From Paraglomus brasilianum (Eukaryota), in assembly GCA_910592345.1 (NCBI GenBank), contig CAJVPI010000349.1, positions 1-33,910 on the forward strand: DNA of 33,910 bases. Reading direction: 5' to 3'. This document shows positions 1 through 12,025 of this stretch, piece by piece (positions within the stretch are counted from its first letter, which is position 1; the number at the start of each line of letters is the position of its first letter). A program made the translations under genes and the position numbers. The notes beneath the pieces were generated by a model, which saw only the letters and a program-made list of their open reading frames with translations, ran no database searches and was not told the DNA's origin.

Positions 1-974
1 GTAAGGGCGATAGTACGAGCTAAGCCTGGTAACATCCCCCGGTCGGCGAACACACCTACACGAAAAGATAAATCGCTTTCCCAAAACCCCAATTTAATTC
101 CCGACCGTAACAGTTTATTCCATAGAGGTAAAATTTTCATATCGCAGGGGCAGCATCCGTTAAACGATAAGCGTAACAAAGATTATAGTCTGAGTATTTC
201 CCTACTGCAACGCAAGTGTCAAATAACTTAACAATGATTTGATTTTTTATAAACATGGTTTTAGAAATGCGGCCATTCTTGAAGAGATGAGACACCAGAG
301 CAAGTGCATGGTGGCAGGAATTAAATGCACAACTTAACCAAATTAAAGTAATTCTGCCCAATAAATTTCCAGAGTGTTTATTCGATGTGCTGTAAATAGA
401 TTACATTAAAAGATAGCTTGTTTTGAGACAAAACAACAATTCAAAGTATACAGGTTGCCTCAGTCAATTTATGGACAGAATGGTCAATACGCTTGACTTG
501 AGCCTAGTTAAAATTTTATGTACGCAAGGACGAAACTATTGAAGCTTTAAAACGCTAAAAATTCGGCTAAACAAACCCAATGATAGTTGGGGAGCGAGAA
601 ATTTGGACCAGAACAGACCATAATTCAATTTTTAAACTCGGTAACCGATAATGTAAGCCTGTTTCAAAAAAAAATAAATGCGTATTTTAAATTGCCTTTT
701 TATAATAGAATCTACATCTATTTAGCTTTAAATAAGTTATTGTTGCTATTTGTAATAGAGGTTAATAGATAATGGATATTTTTGTAGTTACGGGTTTTTT
801 GTAACATAACGATTTCTTTTTACTGCCATGTCGCACAACCCGACACGTCGTACAGTTCATAATACAATTTATGGGGGAGAAGCCAATGAAGGGATAATAA
901 TATTTGAGCCTGCACGACCTGGCAGGCTGTGCGACATGGCAGTTAATACCAGTCCGGCGTCGCTGATTTCTTTT

Positions 975-1283
975 TTCGAAATAAGAATTTTTATTATAGG
1001 AGCAGTAATATTCTTTTCTTTGACAAGCAATTTATGGATTTTAAATGCCACTTTGTTAAATAAAATTTCAGATGTAATGTGTTTCTTTTATCGTAGAATT
1101 GTTTAGATCGGGCAAGTGACTTTTGTTCACTGATACATTTCTTATTGATTATAACTTTATCGTCTTAATTAATGCTTCAAAAAAGAATTTTTCTTGAGCA
1201 TTTTTTCGTAGAGCGTGGATTGATAAAAATTATTAGATTGCATTTAAAAACATTTATTATATTGTGGTTGATTTTTCCTGAAA
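975..1283 (-). pseudogene. Decayed copy of a small multicopy gene (possible HTH-like protein); paralog of the relic at ~19243-19660
   Basis: The reverse strand reads FNKVAFKIHKLLVKEKNITAPIIKIL, versus FNKMAFEIYKLLEEKAVTASTIRNF at ~19530. DNA similarity extends to ttttcag(g)aaaaatcaaccacaa and atcag(t/c)gaacaaaa..acttgcc. Stops and frameshifts are present. Confidence 0.65.
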
Positions 1284-2115
1284 GTATGTGAATTGGCAAA
1301 CTGTGCAGGAAAAATAGAGTATGCAGGGAAGTCTAGTCAAGACACCGCTCAGAAATTAATAGCTAAGCGAGGCAGCAAGTAGATTAATATATTAGTATCA
1401 AACGCGAACAAACAATGAGAGAAGAATTGAAGGATGTGAAAGAGAAGCTAGAGAGGGTAGAGGCCGCGTTGAAGAAGGAGAGACGACGGGAAGTGGGGTT
1501 ATACTCATTAATGGCTTTTGATTCGAGCATTTTTCTTCCCTGTAATGAGTCTAGCTTTATTATTGTTTTTTAATGTATTACTATTCATTCTTTGATTGCA
1601 AACTATATAATTTGGTATTTATGTTAGAACATAATGACGATCTTAGGAATACGGGTGCGTTATTAGTCGGCATGCAGAATGCCCTTTTTGAATTGCAGGA
1701 AAGTGTTACGCGTAGGGATCATTCTATTGGCATAGCAACATTTTAAAAACTAAACAGATCGCAATATTTCCTGGACGTTGATGATTTGATTTGCATGCTT
1801 AAAACTGTGTGTTTTGACAAAATCAACTGTCAAAACAATATTTAGGAGAAACATTCGATAACTATTTTTGCTGAGCCTTCTAATTTTGAAAGTCTATAAA
1901 TTATTAACAAACAGAGTTGTCTTAATTCGGTCTGTGAAGTTCTTATTCTGCCTTTTAAAGGTAGAAAGCAAAAAAAGAAGAATCATTTGCACCTTCGGAC
2001 GTACAACCCTGAAATCTTTTCACATGTAAGCACGGGGACATTACTATGATCGCCTATATATTACTAAACTATTTAATCACCAGCTCCATTCTAAGGTTCA
2101 TACAAATTGTTCGCC

Positions 2116-3484
2116 ATGCTTGCGTTTGTAAGCCTTTTCGTTGTGTTAGGTGCGATTTTACTGCTCATTTGTGCGCATGCGATTACATTTGTACTAAATC
2201 TTGCATTTTCAACGATAATCATTAGCTTATCGTCTTCCCTGTGTTGTATACGAACACTTTGCATCAATCTTTGTTTGCGATAGCACCGGTCGTTGTTATC
2301 CTAACCTATGGCAGAGGATAGTAACAACAACGATTAAGGCATTTTCTGATTTAATACCTTGTTCAATTGTCAGAGTGTTGTTCAGAATGGTTGGATACAT
2401 GGACCAGTTGATGTATGGTCCATTCAGGACGATTCACTGGTCAAGACATATTGAAGAAGAAGGAAATAAATGGAAAGCGTATTTAATAGCTGAAGGTGCA
2501 AATAATGTCCAAGTTGGAGAGAATGCGGATGTCGTCATTCTATATGCACATGGTAAGTAAATTAAAATACTTAGTGATAATTAGAAATAATGATAAGGCC
2601 GTTAGTAAACAAATTCTATCCAGGCGGAGGTTACGCCCTGGGACATCCAATTTTGTCAATTGCCGTATTCGTTCAATGGATCAAATACTGGAAGGCAACC
2701 TATAATGCCAACACTCATATAGTCTCAGTCAGCTACGGTATTATATCACAGTGATTGCGATTGCTATTATACAAGCCCAACTCTGCTTCTCACGTCACAC
2801 ATATTTTCCAGGATTAACACCAGAACATGTATTTCCTAGTCAACGAAACACTTTCGTACAATGTTACCAGTGGCTGGTGCACGAGAGGGGCATTAATCCA
2901 TCTCGTATAGCTTTTGGTTAGTATCATCATCATGTAACGACCGCTGCAAGATAATCTACTCACGTGGCTTGCATGCTTCTTTAGTTGGCGATAGTGCTGG
3001 AGGAAACCTTGCCATTACTTCAGCCATACATGTAATTCGGAACCCTACTTTACTAGCTGTACCTCCGCCAGGCTGCATACTAGGAATATCTCCTTTTGTC
3101 TCGGGGATGACTACGTCCATGTCATGGAAACTAAATTCTGAATTTGATTATATTAGTCACGATTGGTTTGAACAACGCGCCCAATCCTACCTTAGAGGCA
3201 CGAATGTTCAAAAGGACGATGCTGCCGTATCGCCATTGTTCGAGAAAAGTCTTCATGGATTGCCGCGCATGTGGATGTGTGTGGGTGACTGCGAGGTATT
3301 TAGAGATGATGTAGTTGCATTCATACGTAAAGCAAATGAGGACGGCGTTAGTGCAGAAGTAGTAGTCGAGAAAGGCAATGTGCATAACTATGCAGTCGCA
3401 TGGTCACTTGCAAGAAATGGCGCAGAGAAAAAAGCAATGAAACAGATGGGGAAGTTTATATTCGGAGAAACTTGTAATATTTAA
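2116..3484 (+). CDS. Hormone-sensitive-lipase-like alpha/beta hydrolase (Abhydrolase_3 / steryl acetyl hydrolase-like), 5 coding exons
   Basis: Exons ~2116-2149, 2226-2552, 2624-2737, 2812-2916 and 2985-3484 are joined by GT-AG introns. Splicing restores the oxyanion motif HGGGY. Also present: GDSAGGNL nucleophile elbow, acidic residues in GDCEVFRDD, and His in GNVHNY. A probable 5'-UTR intron lies at 2026-2083. Confidence 0.88.
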
Positions 3485-3714
3485 ATTACTCATACTAATA
3501 CTTGAATAAATAAAATAATGTCCCTAATGGGAAAGTTTTGGTGATGTGTTTGGATCGGAGTGGACGCTGCTCGTAACACATTCGAATACAGCCCTCAAAG
3601 TGTAGTGTTATCACTCTTGGACCCTTCTCGTATCAACCCATACACTTAACTAGTTATTATTTATCGAATAGTTATCGAGTTTATAATTATTGTAATATTT
3701 ATGTGCCGTCGATC

Positions 3715-5008
3715 ATGGAGGAGCCAACATCCCGCGCGTCCACGTCGAGAGAACACAAACAAGGAAGACAAAGCAGAGACTTTACAACTGAACAATCAAA
3801 AGCAGTAAAACGGATCAGGGCCTGTGGCAGTTCCAACTATTACGAAGTGTTAGAAATAAGTCGAGATGCAAGCGAAGCAGAAATAAAAAGGGCATATAGG
3901 AAGGTACAGGACACTTGGTCTAACTGCAAGAACTTTATACCAATGCAGACCAATTTTCATTTGTATGTTATGTCTAGGTCTCAAATGTTTTAGTCACCCA
4001 AGAAACAGAATTGATCATTTACTTTTGCATGGATATAGCTAGCTTTACAAATGCACCCGGATAAGAACGGTGCACCTGGAGCAGACGAGGCATTCAAAAG
4101 TTCGTATTTAGACATCTAAACAAGATTATACTCAATGAAGACTAAAGGCTGTAAAACTTTATCATTGCCTATCTTACAGTGGTCAGCAAAGCATTTCAAG
4201 TACTAAGCGATCCCCAGAAACGAGCGATCTTTGATGCAAACGGTTCTGATCCAGATTCAAGCACAGCCAGGATGCAATCGCGTGCTTATGCCAGGGCCTC
4301 CTCCGCATTTGGAAACGGTCCAGTAGAACTAACACCAGAAGAGCTCTTCAACATGTTCTTTAATGGAGATTTGAGCGGTGAGTAGATAGTTATCGTCTAA
4401 TTGTACCGTGTAATAGATGTAGCCATAATCTTGATTTCAATGTTTATTATTTTAACGTTTGTTTACGTCGCTCCGACTCGTATCCAGGATTTCATTCAGC
4501 TACGTTCGTCAGCCCGGGATTTCCTGCTCGACGGTACCCACCTGGTCGAAGAACAGCAAACGAAGATGATACACACGCACCATCTGGCTGGGTTACTTTC
4601 CTTCAGTTGTTACCTCTACTACTTCTCTTTCTTTTCTCTATCTCATCAAATATATTTGTTCCGCCTCATGATCCATTACCCGAGTTCTCTCTACGAGAAA
4701 TACCGCCATACACTCAAGAACGATATACTAATGTATTACGGGTCAAATACTACGTCAATCCGAAAACTTTTGGAGGACTCGAGCAGCAACCACGGAAACT
4801 ACATGGACTTGAAGACAACGTCGAGAATACATACGTTAGGAATCTGAGTCATAGATGTCTTCAGGAAGAGGTGAAGAAAAATAAACTTGTCCGTGAAGCG
4901 GCTGGATGGTTTTTTTATGATACTGAAAAAATGGAAAGAGCAAAGTTGATGAAAATGCCCAATTGCGACGAATTAGAGGCTTTAAAACGCAGGCATTATG
5001 CATCATAA
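3715..5008 (+). CDS. HLJ1: ER membrane J-domain protein, Hlj1/DNAJB12-like, 4 exons
   Basis: The spliced J-domain reads YYEVLEISRDASEAEIKRAYRK|LALQMHPDKNGAPGADEAFK|MVSKAFQVLSDPQKRAIFD and contains HPD. It is followed by ELTPEELFNMFF, a TM segment (LQLLPLLLLFLFSI) and a luminal C-terminal domain with two Cys. Introns are ~3904-4038, 4100-4179 and 4378-4487. Confidence 0.88.
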
Positions 5009-5445
5009 TCTGCACGTAGAGCGTGGTTGGATTATCAACATTTAATCATATATACGGTAAACAGCGTCGGTTTATAAGAGTTTGGACAAAAAGAAAGCTT
5101 TGTATGGATATCTAATTATTTAACGAGCAGAGGCTGACACTAGATTTACATTCCGATAGATATTGAGAGAAATGATATAGAAAAACTTTCTGCATGTAAT
5201 ATTATTTGTCTTCTTTTTTCAAAGTAATTGAATGCATTGAAAAGTTCCTTGTCTGATAGTACCACGTGTAATAATAATTCAAAATGAGATGTGATCGCCC
5301 GCTGAACCGCCTTCGCCAACGCGAACCCGTCACTAATTAAGAAATAACTGTATGCGCACATACTTATTCATATATTCCCTTTTCTTATTTGTACATAATC
5401 CTCTCAACATATTGATAATTAACTACTCGCATTTACACCTGGAAT

Positions 5446-7267
5446 ATGGCCGAACAACTATTGAATACTAATGACTGTTCTAGTGAAAACATATTCAGAT
5501 TTATGACAGGTTCTCCAAGACAACCCTCCGCAACCGTTTTTCCTTTTGGCAGCATGCAGTTTACTCCCCAAGATCTCGGGAAAATGTTTACAATCCAAGG
5601 ACAAGTAACCTCAGACTCACCAGCACAAGAGCCACTGCCAGAACAGCAACCTCAGTTTAGGAAAATAGTACGACCAATACTGCCTTCACTAAATACCGAT
5701 TTCACTCAAATATCAATGATACAGAATAACTATTATATGACAGCTTCCCCGGCAGATATTCCAGACTTCTCCTCCTCACACCAAAGAAGAGACAGTAATG
5801 TCTCAGCAATGTCAATTCAAGGTGACATACCCACTCACCACAGACGAGATAGTAATGTATCTGCAATATCTATGCAATTAGATACTCCCACTCCAAGCGA
5901 AAACGAATCCTACAACGATGATGACCCCAACAAGCCAACATTCTCGTTCCAATTTATACCAAAATCTTTCTCGCGGCCCGGTACTCCCACATCGGCTCCA
6001 TCTACACCTCCAATGTACCCTACAAACCTATTCACACCACCAACAACGCGGTCTACCCTTTTTTTATCTAGTACGCCACAATTATTAAGAAGGTGTAGTA
6101 TGAGTGATCTGAATCTTGACAGTTCACCAAATGGATCGTTTTCAGATTCGCGAAGTGAACGACCTTCACCTGTTTATCGGCCTGTTAGGGCCAGGCGAGC
6201 GTCATTGTTGGTAGGTAAGAAAGCAACGTCTGCGACTAATTCGATCCGGCGGTGAATCGAACGGATAAAATCATCTCGTTGCAATATGTTTTAATCGTCA
6301 GCCAAAACTCAATCATTATTCAATAGCCAAAGATAAAGTCGTTCACTCGGGTCGTAAATGAACTTCAAGAGGAGGCCAGTCCAATTGAAGCAGAGATTAG
6401 GCAAGAATATAAAACCACAAAAGTGCTCAAAGGTGAACATGGAAAGTCGACCGATTGTAACCAGAGAAAATCCGAGGTTAGCTCTCTCTACAACTCTGGG
6501 AATGTAACTTGGGCACTGGTCATACTAACTATGAAATTGAATAAATATCTAGGATTTTATTGTAAATTGGCTGAAATTCCGTGACTTACAGCCCTCGCCG
6601 CCCCCTTCTACAGTTTCAAAATTGAGCCCCGAGGTTGAGATGATGGTAAGTGAGAACCACAACTTAAATTGATTGATTAAGGTTCAAGGAATTTTAATAG
6701 CATGATGATGCTTACTTTCATTTGCTCGGATATGTAGCGTCGCCAAGATGTAACATCACCCGTTCAGCCAAATGTCGGATTTATTGCTGGACGAGTAAAG
6801 CGAAAGAGTAAGCACTTTATAAGGATTGGTTAATTTTATTAACAAGTTTGGCCAACATTATGTATAGAGCTGGTCAGATTTGTCGGGTCATTCCATGGCG
6901 AGTATTTTCGGCAATCATTTAGCGGACATTCACTAACAAGCTTTCCTTTCAATTTGTTCGGCTGATTAACCCAGCCTCGGATGACCGATTTGGACCCTAT
7001 TTCAATCCAAAGCGGCGTGCGGTATCACCGGTTCCGTCTTCTCCCTCTCCCTCCCCATCTGGAGTCATGTCATATGGATCGAATTTATCAACGACCTCGC
7101 AGAACATCGCCGCAATTAAGGAACCGTCATATAGGAATAGTCACGAGGATAATGATATTAAGAACAGTCATGAGGGTAACAAGGATTATGAGAATGGAGG
7201 AAACAATGGTGATGCTGTCAGTATTCATGACACTAATCGTAGGTTTAGTACAATGAGCTTGAATTGA
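5446..7267 (+). CDS. Conserved fungal Ser/Pro-rich protein of unknown function, 5 exons
   Basis: Long first exon. The intron at 6211-6326 yields RRASLL|PKIKSFTRVVNELQEEASPIEAEIRQE. Further GT-AG introns lead to VKRK|TSDDRFGPYFNPKRRAVSP and the stop at 7267. These motifs resemble, from recall, an uncharacterised fungal family with RRGSLLPK...KRRAVSP. Confidence 0.72.
5779..5892 (+). repeat. Intragenic tandem duplication, 2 x 57 bp (19 aa)
   Basis: Encodes HQRRDSNVSAMSIQGDIPT followed by HHRRDSNVSAISMQLDTPT. Confidence 0.85.
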
Positions 7268-7662
7268 GATCATAATGAACCATTTGGCGTGGCTAGGAGA
7301 GAAAAGGAGATGAGGGACGATTGTAAATATCTTAGTTTAATAATAATATATGGTGTTTATTCGTATGCTTTTGCCTTCTCTCTACGAGTACAACACAATG
7401 TGAGGACGCGGTATTATCTAAGAAAGTGTAAACACACATGTTACCCAAAAAGTATAGTATATCAGGATGAAATCAACTTCTTCCGGTATAAATTATAATA
7501 CATCTATCCTAACCCTTTGCCCAAAAGCTGCCACGTTTATATAGACAATTTATTGTATATAAAATAGATGTGTTATAGTAAATTTAATAATGTGCATGTT
7601 AATCTATTATCACTAAAGATGAATTGCTGACTGATTAATATTGTTAAAATGGGGTGCCCTCC

Positions 7663-8454
7663 TTAATACAAAAAATACCAACAGAGAAATCCAAAGAAGG
7701 TTCCGAGGAACAATTCAAGTGTCGTATGAAAAAAAGATACGGTCATTAGCAACATCCACGTCCATAAACCCAATAAACTATAAAGCGGCCATTTACGTAT
7801 ATTGTTCTTATAATACAACTTCACTAAGAGTTCCTCTATCAAAAACAACGAAGCATGTATCAATAACATACAATGTCCACTTATATCCACCCCATCCCAC
7901 TGCCCGCCGCTGTTTTTGCAACTTGAAGCGTCCATGTCGCTTGTTCCATTAGAACAGGATCCAGTTTGTATAAACACAGTATGGAAGAGACTTGGCATGT
8001 ACAGACCCTGAGTCATGAGGTACCAATACGAGGTGGTTATTGTGTACCTTTTAATACGATCGATTGTGTGCTTGCGGGGAGCATTACTTAATCCCCAGGT
8101 GTAATAAAAGAATATTAAACTAGTCCAGAACCATCCGACTTTTACAAAGTATTTGTTCACAACGTTCGAGCCAGCCCAGTAAGACTTCTGCCGGAATTTT
8201 ACCTTTCGTGCTACTACGACCAATGTTATGATTGATATGTATAAAGCAGGAAGGATAATTCGTCTTGTGGATCGCGTAAATAGCAAACTCGATAATGAAT
8301 TTGATCCGAGCTTTTTGGAAGAATGTTTGTCTGTTGAACTTTGGTCTGTAGTACTGTCGATATGAGATTCATCAGACTCACGTTCGTCTATCCCTCGATT
8401 GATGCTCGCGCGCTTGACGGGCCCTTGATATTGCTCCATTAGTCGATCCAACAT
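7663..8454 (-). CDS. SCS3: FIT-family (fat storage-inducing transmembrane / acyl-CoA diphosphatase) protein, Scs3-like, intronless
   Basis: 263-aa ORF with NVVNKYFVKVGWFWT, GGQWDGVDISGHCMLLIHASL and MTVSFFHTTLE. These carry the two catalytic-His motifs of FIT2/Scs3. Multiple TM segments. Confidence 0.9.
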   Translation of the reverse strand: MLDRLMEQYQGPVKRASINRGIDERESDESHIDSTTDQSSTDKHSSKKLGSNSLSSLLFTRSTRRIILPALYISIITLVVVARKVKFRQKSYWAGSNVVNKYFVKVGWFWTSLIFFYYTWGLSNAPRKHTIDRIKRYTITTSYWYLMTQGLYMPSLFHTVFIQTGSCSNGTSDMDASSCKNSGGQWDGVDISGHCMLLIHASLFLIEELLVKLYYKNNIRKWPLYSLLGLWTWMLLMTVSFFHTTLELFLGTFFGFLCWYFLY

Positions 8455-8502
8455 TTGTAAAGTTGAAAGGGAGGAAAATTCCAGTGGGGCAAATTTATAG
8501 TC

Positions 8503-8530
8503 TTACATGTGTAACTCTTTCACGTGTAAC
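8503..8530. promoter_or_regulatory. Paired E-boxes in the short bidirectional promoter between SCS3 and the pallidin-like gene
   Basis: CATGTGTAAC (8506-8515) and CACGTGTAAC (8521-8530) lie in a ~127-bp divergent intergenic gap. Confidence 0.4.
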
Positions 8531-8581
8531 GAGTTTCACCAACTCTTTGTTTCTACTGGATCTGTCACTCTTTCTTATGCA

Positions 8582-9508
8582 ATGACAGATGTAAGTGTGC
8601 AGAAAGTCAAGAATGAGCCAAAGCCGGCTAGCATAAAGGCGTCTTCTTCAGACACCTCTTTGGAAAGTGCGGATGTCGGGGATGAAAATAATGATTCAGC
8701 GAATGAATTTACGCATACAGTGCCTTTGTTGTCAGAAGGGTTGCTGGCACAAGTACAGCCCGTGTTGGCTCAAATTGAAGAACAACTGAGAGAGTTTGAG
8801 TGAGGTTCAGCTCCACTATTATAGAAATTCATCATTGAAATTCCATATAGGAAAGCCATTATTCATGTTTTCTGTTGGTCGCATAGAGAGAAACAACGGC
8901 TTCTTCTCGAAGATATCACCAGCACGCATGCGCGATCAAATAATCAACCTAATTACGACTATATTTCACATACTGTGAGTTGTTTCTGTTATCATATTAC
9001 ACCTTTTTTTTCGTTTAAAAAGATTTCCTGTCTTTACTGATATGGTCTGCATTCTTTTTGTTACCTAAAGTTCTCCAAACTTCCGGAATACCAACAGAAG
9101 CTCCAAACCATCAAACAAACAATGGTGACCATGATAGCACGATCGAAAATCCTCAAAAGTCGTACCGCACATTTGAAAACATTGAAGCAACAACGATTGG
9201 CCCAAGTCGCGGTATTCCAGAGACGAGAACGTAGAATTGATCAGACAGTCTTGGCTGCTAAAGTTGCTGCGCCAGAAGTGCAGGTTTTGGTGAAGAAGAA
9301 GAAAGAGAAGGACAAAGGGAAGGAGAAAGGAAAAGAGAAAGTAAAGGATAAAGACAAAGACAAAAACAAAGCTAAAGCAACTAAAGATAGAAATAAAGAT
9401 AAAGGACAGAGAGAAAAAGGAAAGATAAAAGGTAAAAGTAAGAAGAAAACGAGTGCTGAAACTGAATCGTCTGCAAGCGTTGTAAACGTTAATGATGAAG
9501 CGTCATAA
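8582..9508 (+). CDS. Snapin/pallidin-like coiled-coil protein (BLOC-1 subunit-like) with Lys-rich C-terminal tail, 3 exons
   Basis: Introns at 8800-8886 and 8975-9070 give LSEGLLAQVQPVLAQIEEQLREFEEKQRLLLEDI...FSKLPEYQQKLQTIKQTMVTMIARSKILKSRTAHLK. This matches the pallidin pattern (L..GLL....P.L......L.EL...Q; Y..KL..I...M.......LK.RA..L). Confidence 0.68.
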
Positions 9509-10762
9509 CTGCTTTGTTTTATTTATTCTGGATTATAATGAATGATACGGGAACCTGGGAGAGCATTAGATGATTTGGTAGAGAACGTAATAAATGGTGA
9601 GACTATCAAAGATGCTATACTTGCGAAATGCGGCAATTAGTAACTAAACATGGTTTACAGCTAGAGAAGACTAGCTCAGTCAACAAAAGGGAGACAAAAG
9701 TATTGCACAGTCGTAATTTACTTTCATATTAATATAGCGTGTCATGCAGAATAAAGTGACAAGTTACGGTATACTTTTCGTGGATTCTTGATTCATCGAA
9801 AACCTGTTGGAACTGTTGTGCGATAGTAATAGTCATAGCGCATTCCAATTTGTCAACTTTGTTCAAAGAGATTAAATTGAAGAATTTCTTGGAAACCTTC
9901 AATAAAAGCTAGAGGCACATGGATCAGAAGATTTAAACAACGTTCAGCTGACGGGACATATACCGAGCAAAAGTAGAGGTAATTTTTGATCTGTCATAAT
10001 AGTCTGCAGCCAAACTAATGTCAGAATTTCAGTCCCAATCCGGCCAAAAATCATGACATTTAACATGCTTGCGTTTATCAGTTTCTACGTTCCTCGTATC
10101 ACATGTTTGTTCCCCTCCTAACCAATATCCTCTGGTTGTAACGTTAAAACTAACTTGGAAACACTTGTTGGAAATGTTTGTACCCACCGATCGTATACTA
10201 CGCAGGAATTACGAAAGACATACGTCATTTATACTTATTATACTACGAGTGAATTTTTTCCCAACGAGTGGTTAAAGAGTATCGAGTATGACTTCAAAGC
10301 TGTTCATGTCACATTCTGTCGGATTGTTGTCTAGCTAGTTTTTTTTACCGTGATTATGAGTAATAAGCTCTTTAGCGAGACATTTATACGCCAAAGCCGA
10401 AAATTGGGTCTTTACTAATATTATTTATGACATGCTATATTGAATATAGCGTGCAATACCCCTGTATTCAGCCTATTCAGCCATATCGTTTTTTGGTCAT
10501 TCACGCGTTCCAAGTTCAAAAATGCAATTTTTTATCTGTCAATGGCCTTAACTGCATAAATTTACACGTGTCTTTTTCCAAAAGTAGTCACAGGAACTGA
10601 ATGATAAACCCTTTTTCTTTTTCAGGATGAACTTTGTTTCTTGTACAGATCTTTCGATCATCTAAAAACTGACCGTCATAAATATAAACAGCGCGCTCAT
10701 ACGAGTGTTTAAACATAATATACAAGTTTTCGTAACCCATCTATAGTCCTAGCTTAAGCGAA

Positions 10763-11448
10763 ATGACAGAAACCGCTGAGGAAAAGAGGCCGTCGCGTAA
10801 GAGAAAGAATCAAACTGAGGAAGTTTTACCCAAAAGACAACCAAAAAGGGCAGCAAAGACCAAGATCGAAACAGCCAGAGCTGAAACTTCAACCTCCAAG
10901 ACCAAACAGAAAAAGACCGAGGTATGCTTATCATTTGCGTTTTATTCTCGATAGGAAAACCAAGAGGTACCCGTCGAACACTTCTAACAACAAGATGAAT
11001 CCATTCTTTCTTATAGAACAAAAAGAGCAAATCCGCAGCAACTAAGATACCAACCGCAAAATCGTTTCTTGCTAGTGCTCGTGAATTGAAAGTCGAAATA
11101 TCTCGTGCTCAACTGGAAGATGGCAAAGTTGATACTAAAACCGATAATACCGAACCTGCCAAGCCATTGGGAAACGCTGAAACCACTCAAACTACAAAGT
11201 CGAATGATGAAATAAACGACAAGAAAGGGGATGCTGATGATGATAAGAAGGCGGAAACAAACAATGCCGAGAATGGGATCACAACGTTGTTCTTACTCAC
11301 AGCTAAACCTCAAAAGTTCAAGACTGGTAGTTACGGCTGGAATGCCAATCAAGCTAAAGCCAACGTTACGGTTGTCATCGATGGCAAACCAGTCGAGTTG
11401 TCTGCTACGATCAATCTGAATATAACTGTACATAGTTCTAAGCAATAG
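10763..11448 (+). CDS. Small protein with basic N-terminus and C-terminal 'KFKTGSYGW...INLNITVHSSK' domain of unknown function, 2 exons
   Basis: An intron at 10922-11016 (GTATGC...ATAG) joins ORF 10763 to ORF 11086-11448 in frame. The N-terminus is NLS-like (KRPSRKRK). Confidence 0.78.
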
Positions 11449-12025
11449 AACGTTTGAATAATCTTGGAGTAGATATAGAGTCTGTGTGTGATTGAGAGGA
11501 CATGTTCGTGCAAGCGTTTTTCTGCTTTATTCTGTCGTCTGTAAAATTTGCTACTTTTTTGATTTCGTTATAGTGAAAAGTTTTGGATATGCTAGGCTTA
11601 TAACTGTTATCCTATGTAATCTTCCAGTAATTGACATAATAAGCGTCAGTGGATCTTTGACGCTAGTTTTGGATTTGTTCTTTCTGCTGGATAAGTTGTC
11701 TTGTAAATACCTTTGTGTAATCGACCTTTTTCAGTTCAGTCGTGTACGATCGTTACATGTTTGATTTGCTTGCTTCAATAAATAAAAGCGAACATCATTT
11801 GTCCATCCGTGAGATCATCGTTTACGAGAAGACTTGTCAACACTACATCGTGAGCAATTTTCCTCTTGTTTGTTATACATGTGCGTATTACCTGTGCATA
11901 TCATACACTAATTTAGTAAAACGACGATTTGGACGTTTTCAAAAACCCATACTTGCCAAATTGTTTGAACGGAAAATTCTGTTATATTAATTTATATAGA
12001 CCCTAACAGTATCCATTAAATTTAC

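Noticed and set aside
1..830. Short ORFs and an ADRGML peptide suggestive of a transposase
   Set aside because: A single short motif with no continuous frame or other catalytic residues.
9290..9450. Purine-rich KEKDK repeats
   Set aside because: Ordinary low-complexity coding tail of the pallidin-like protein.
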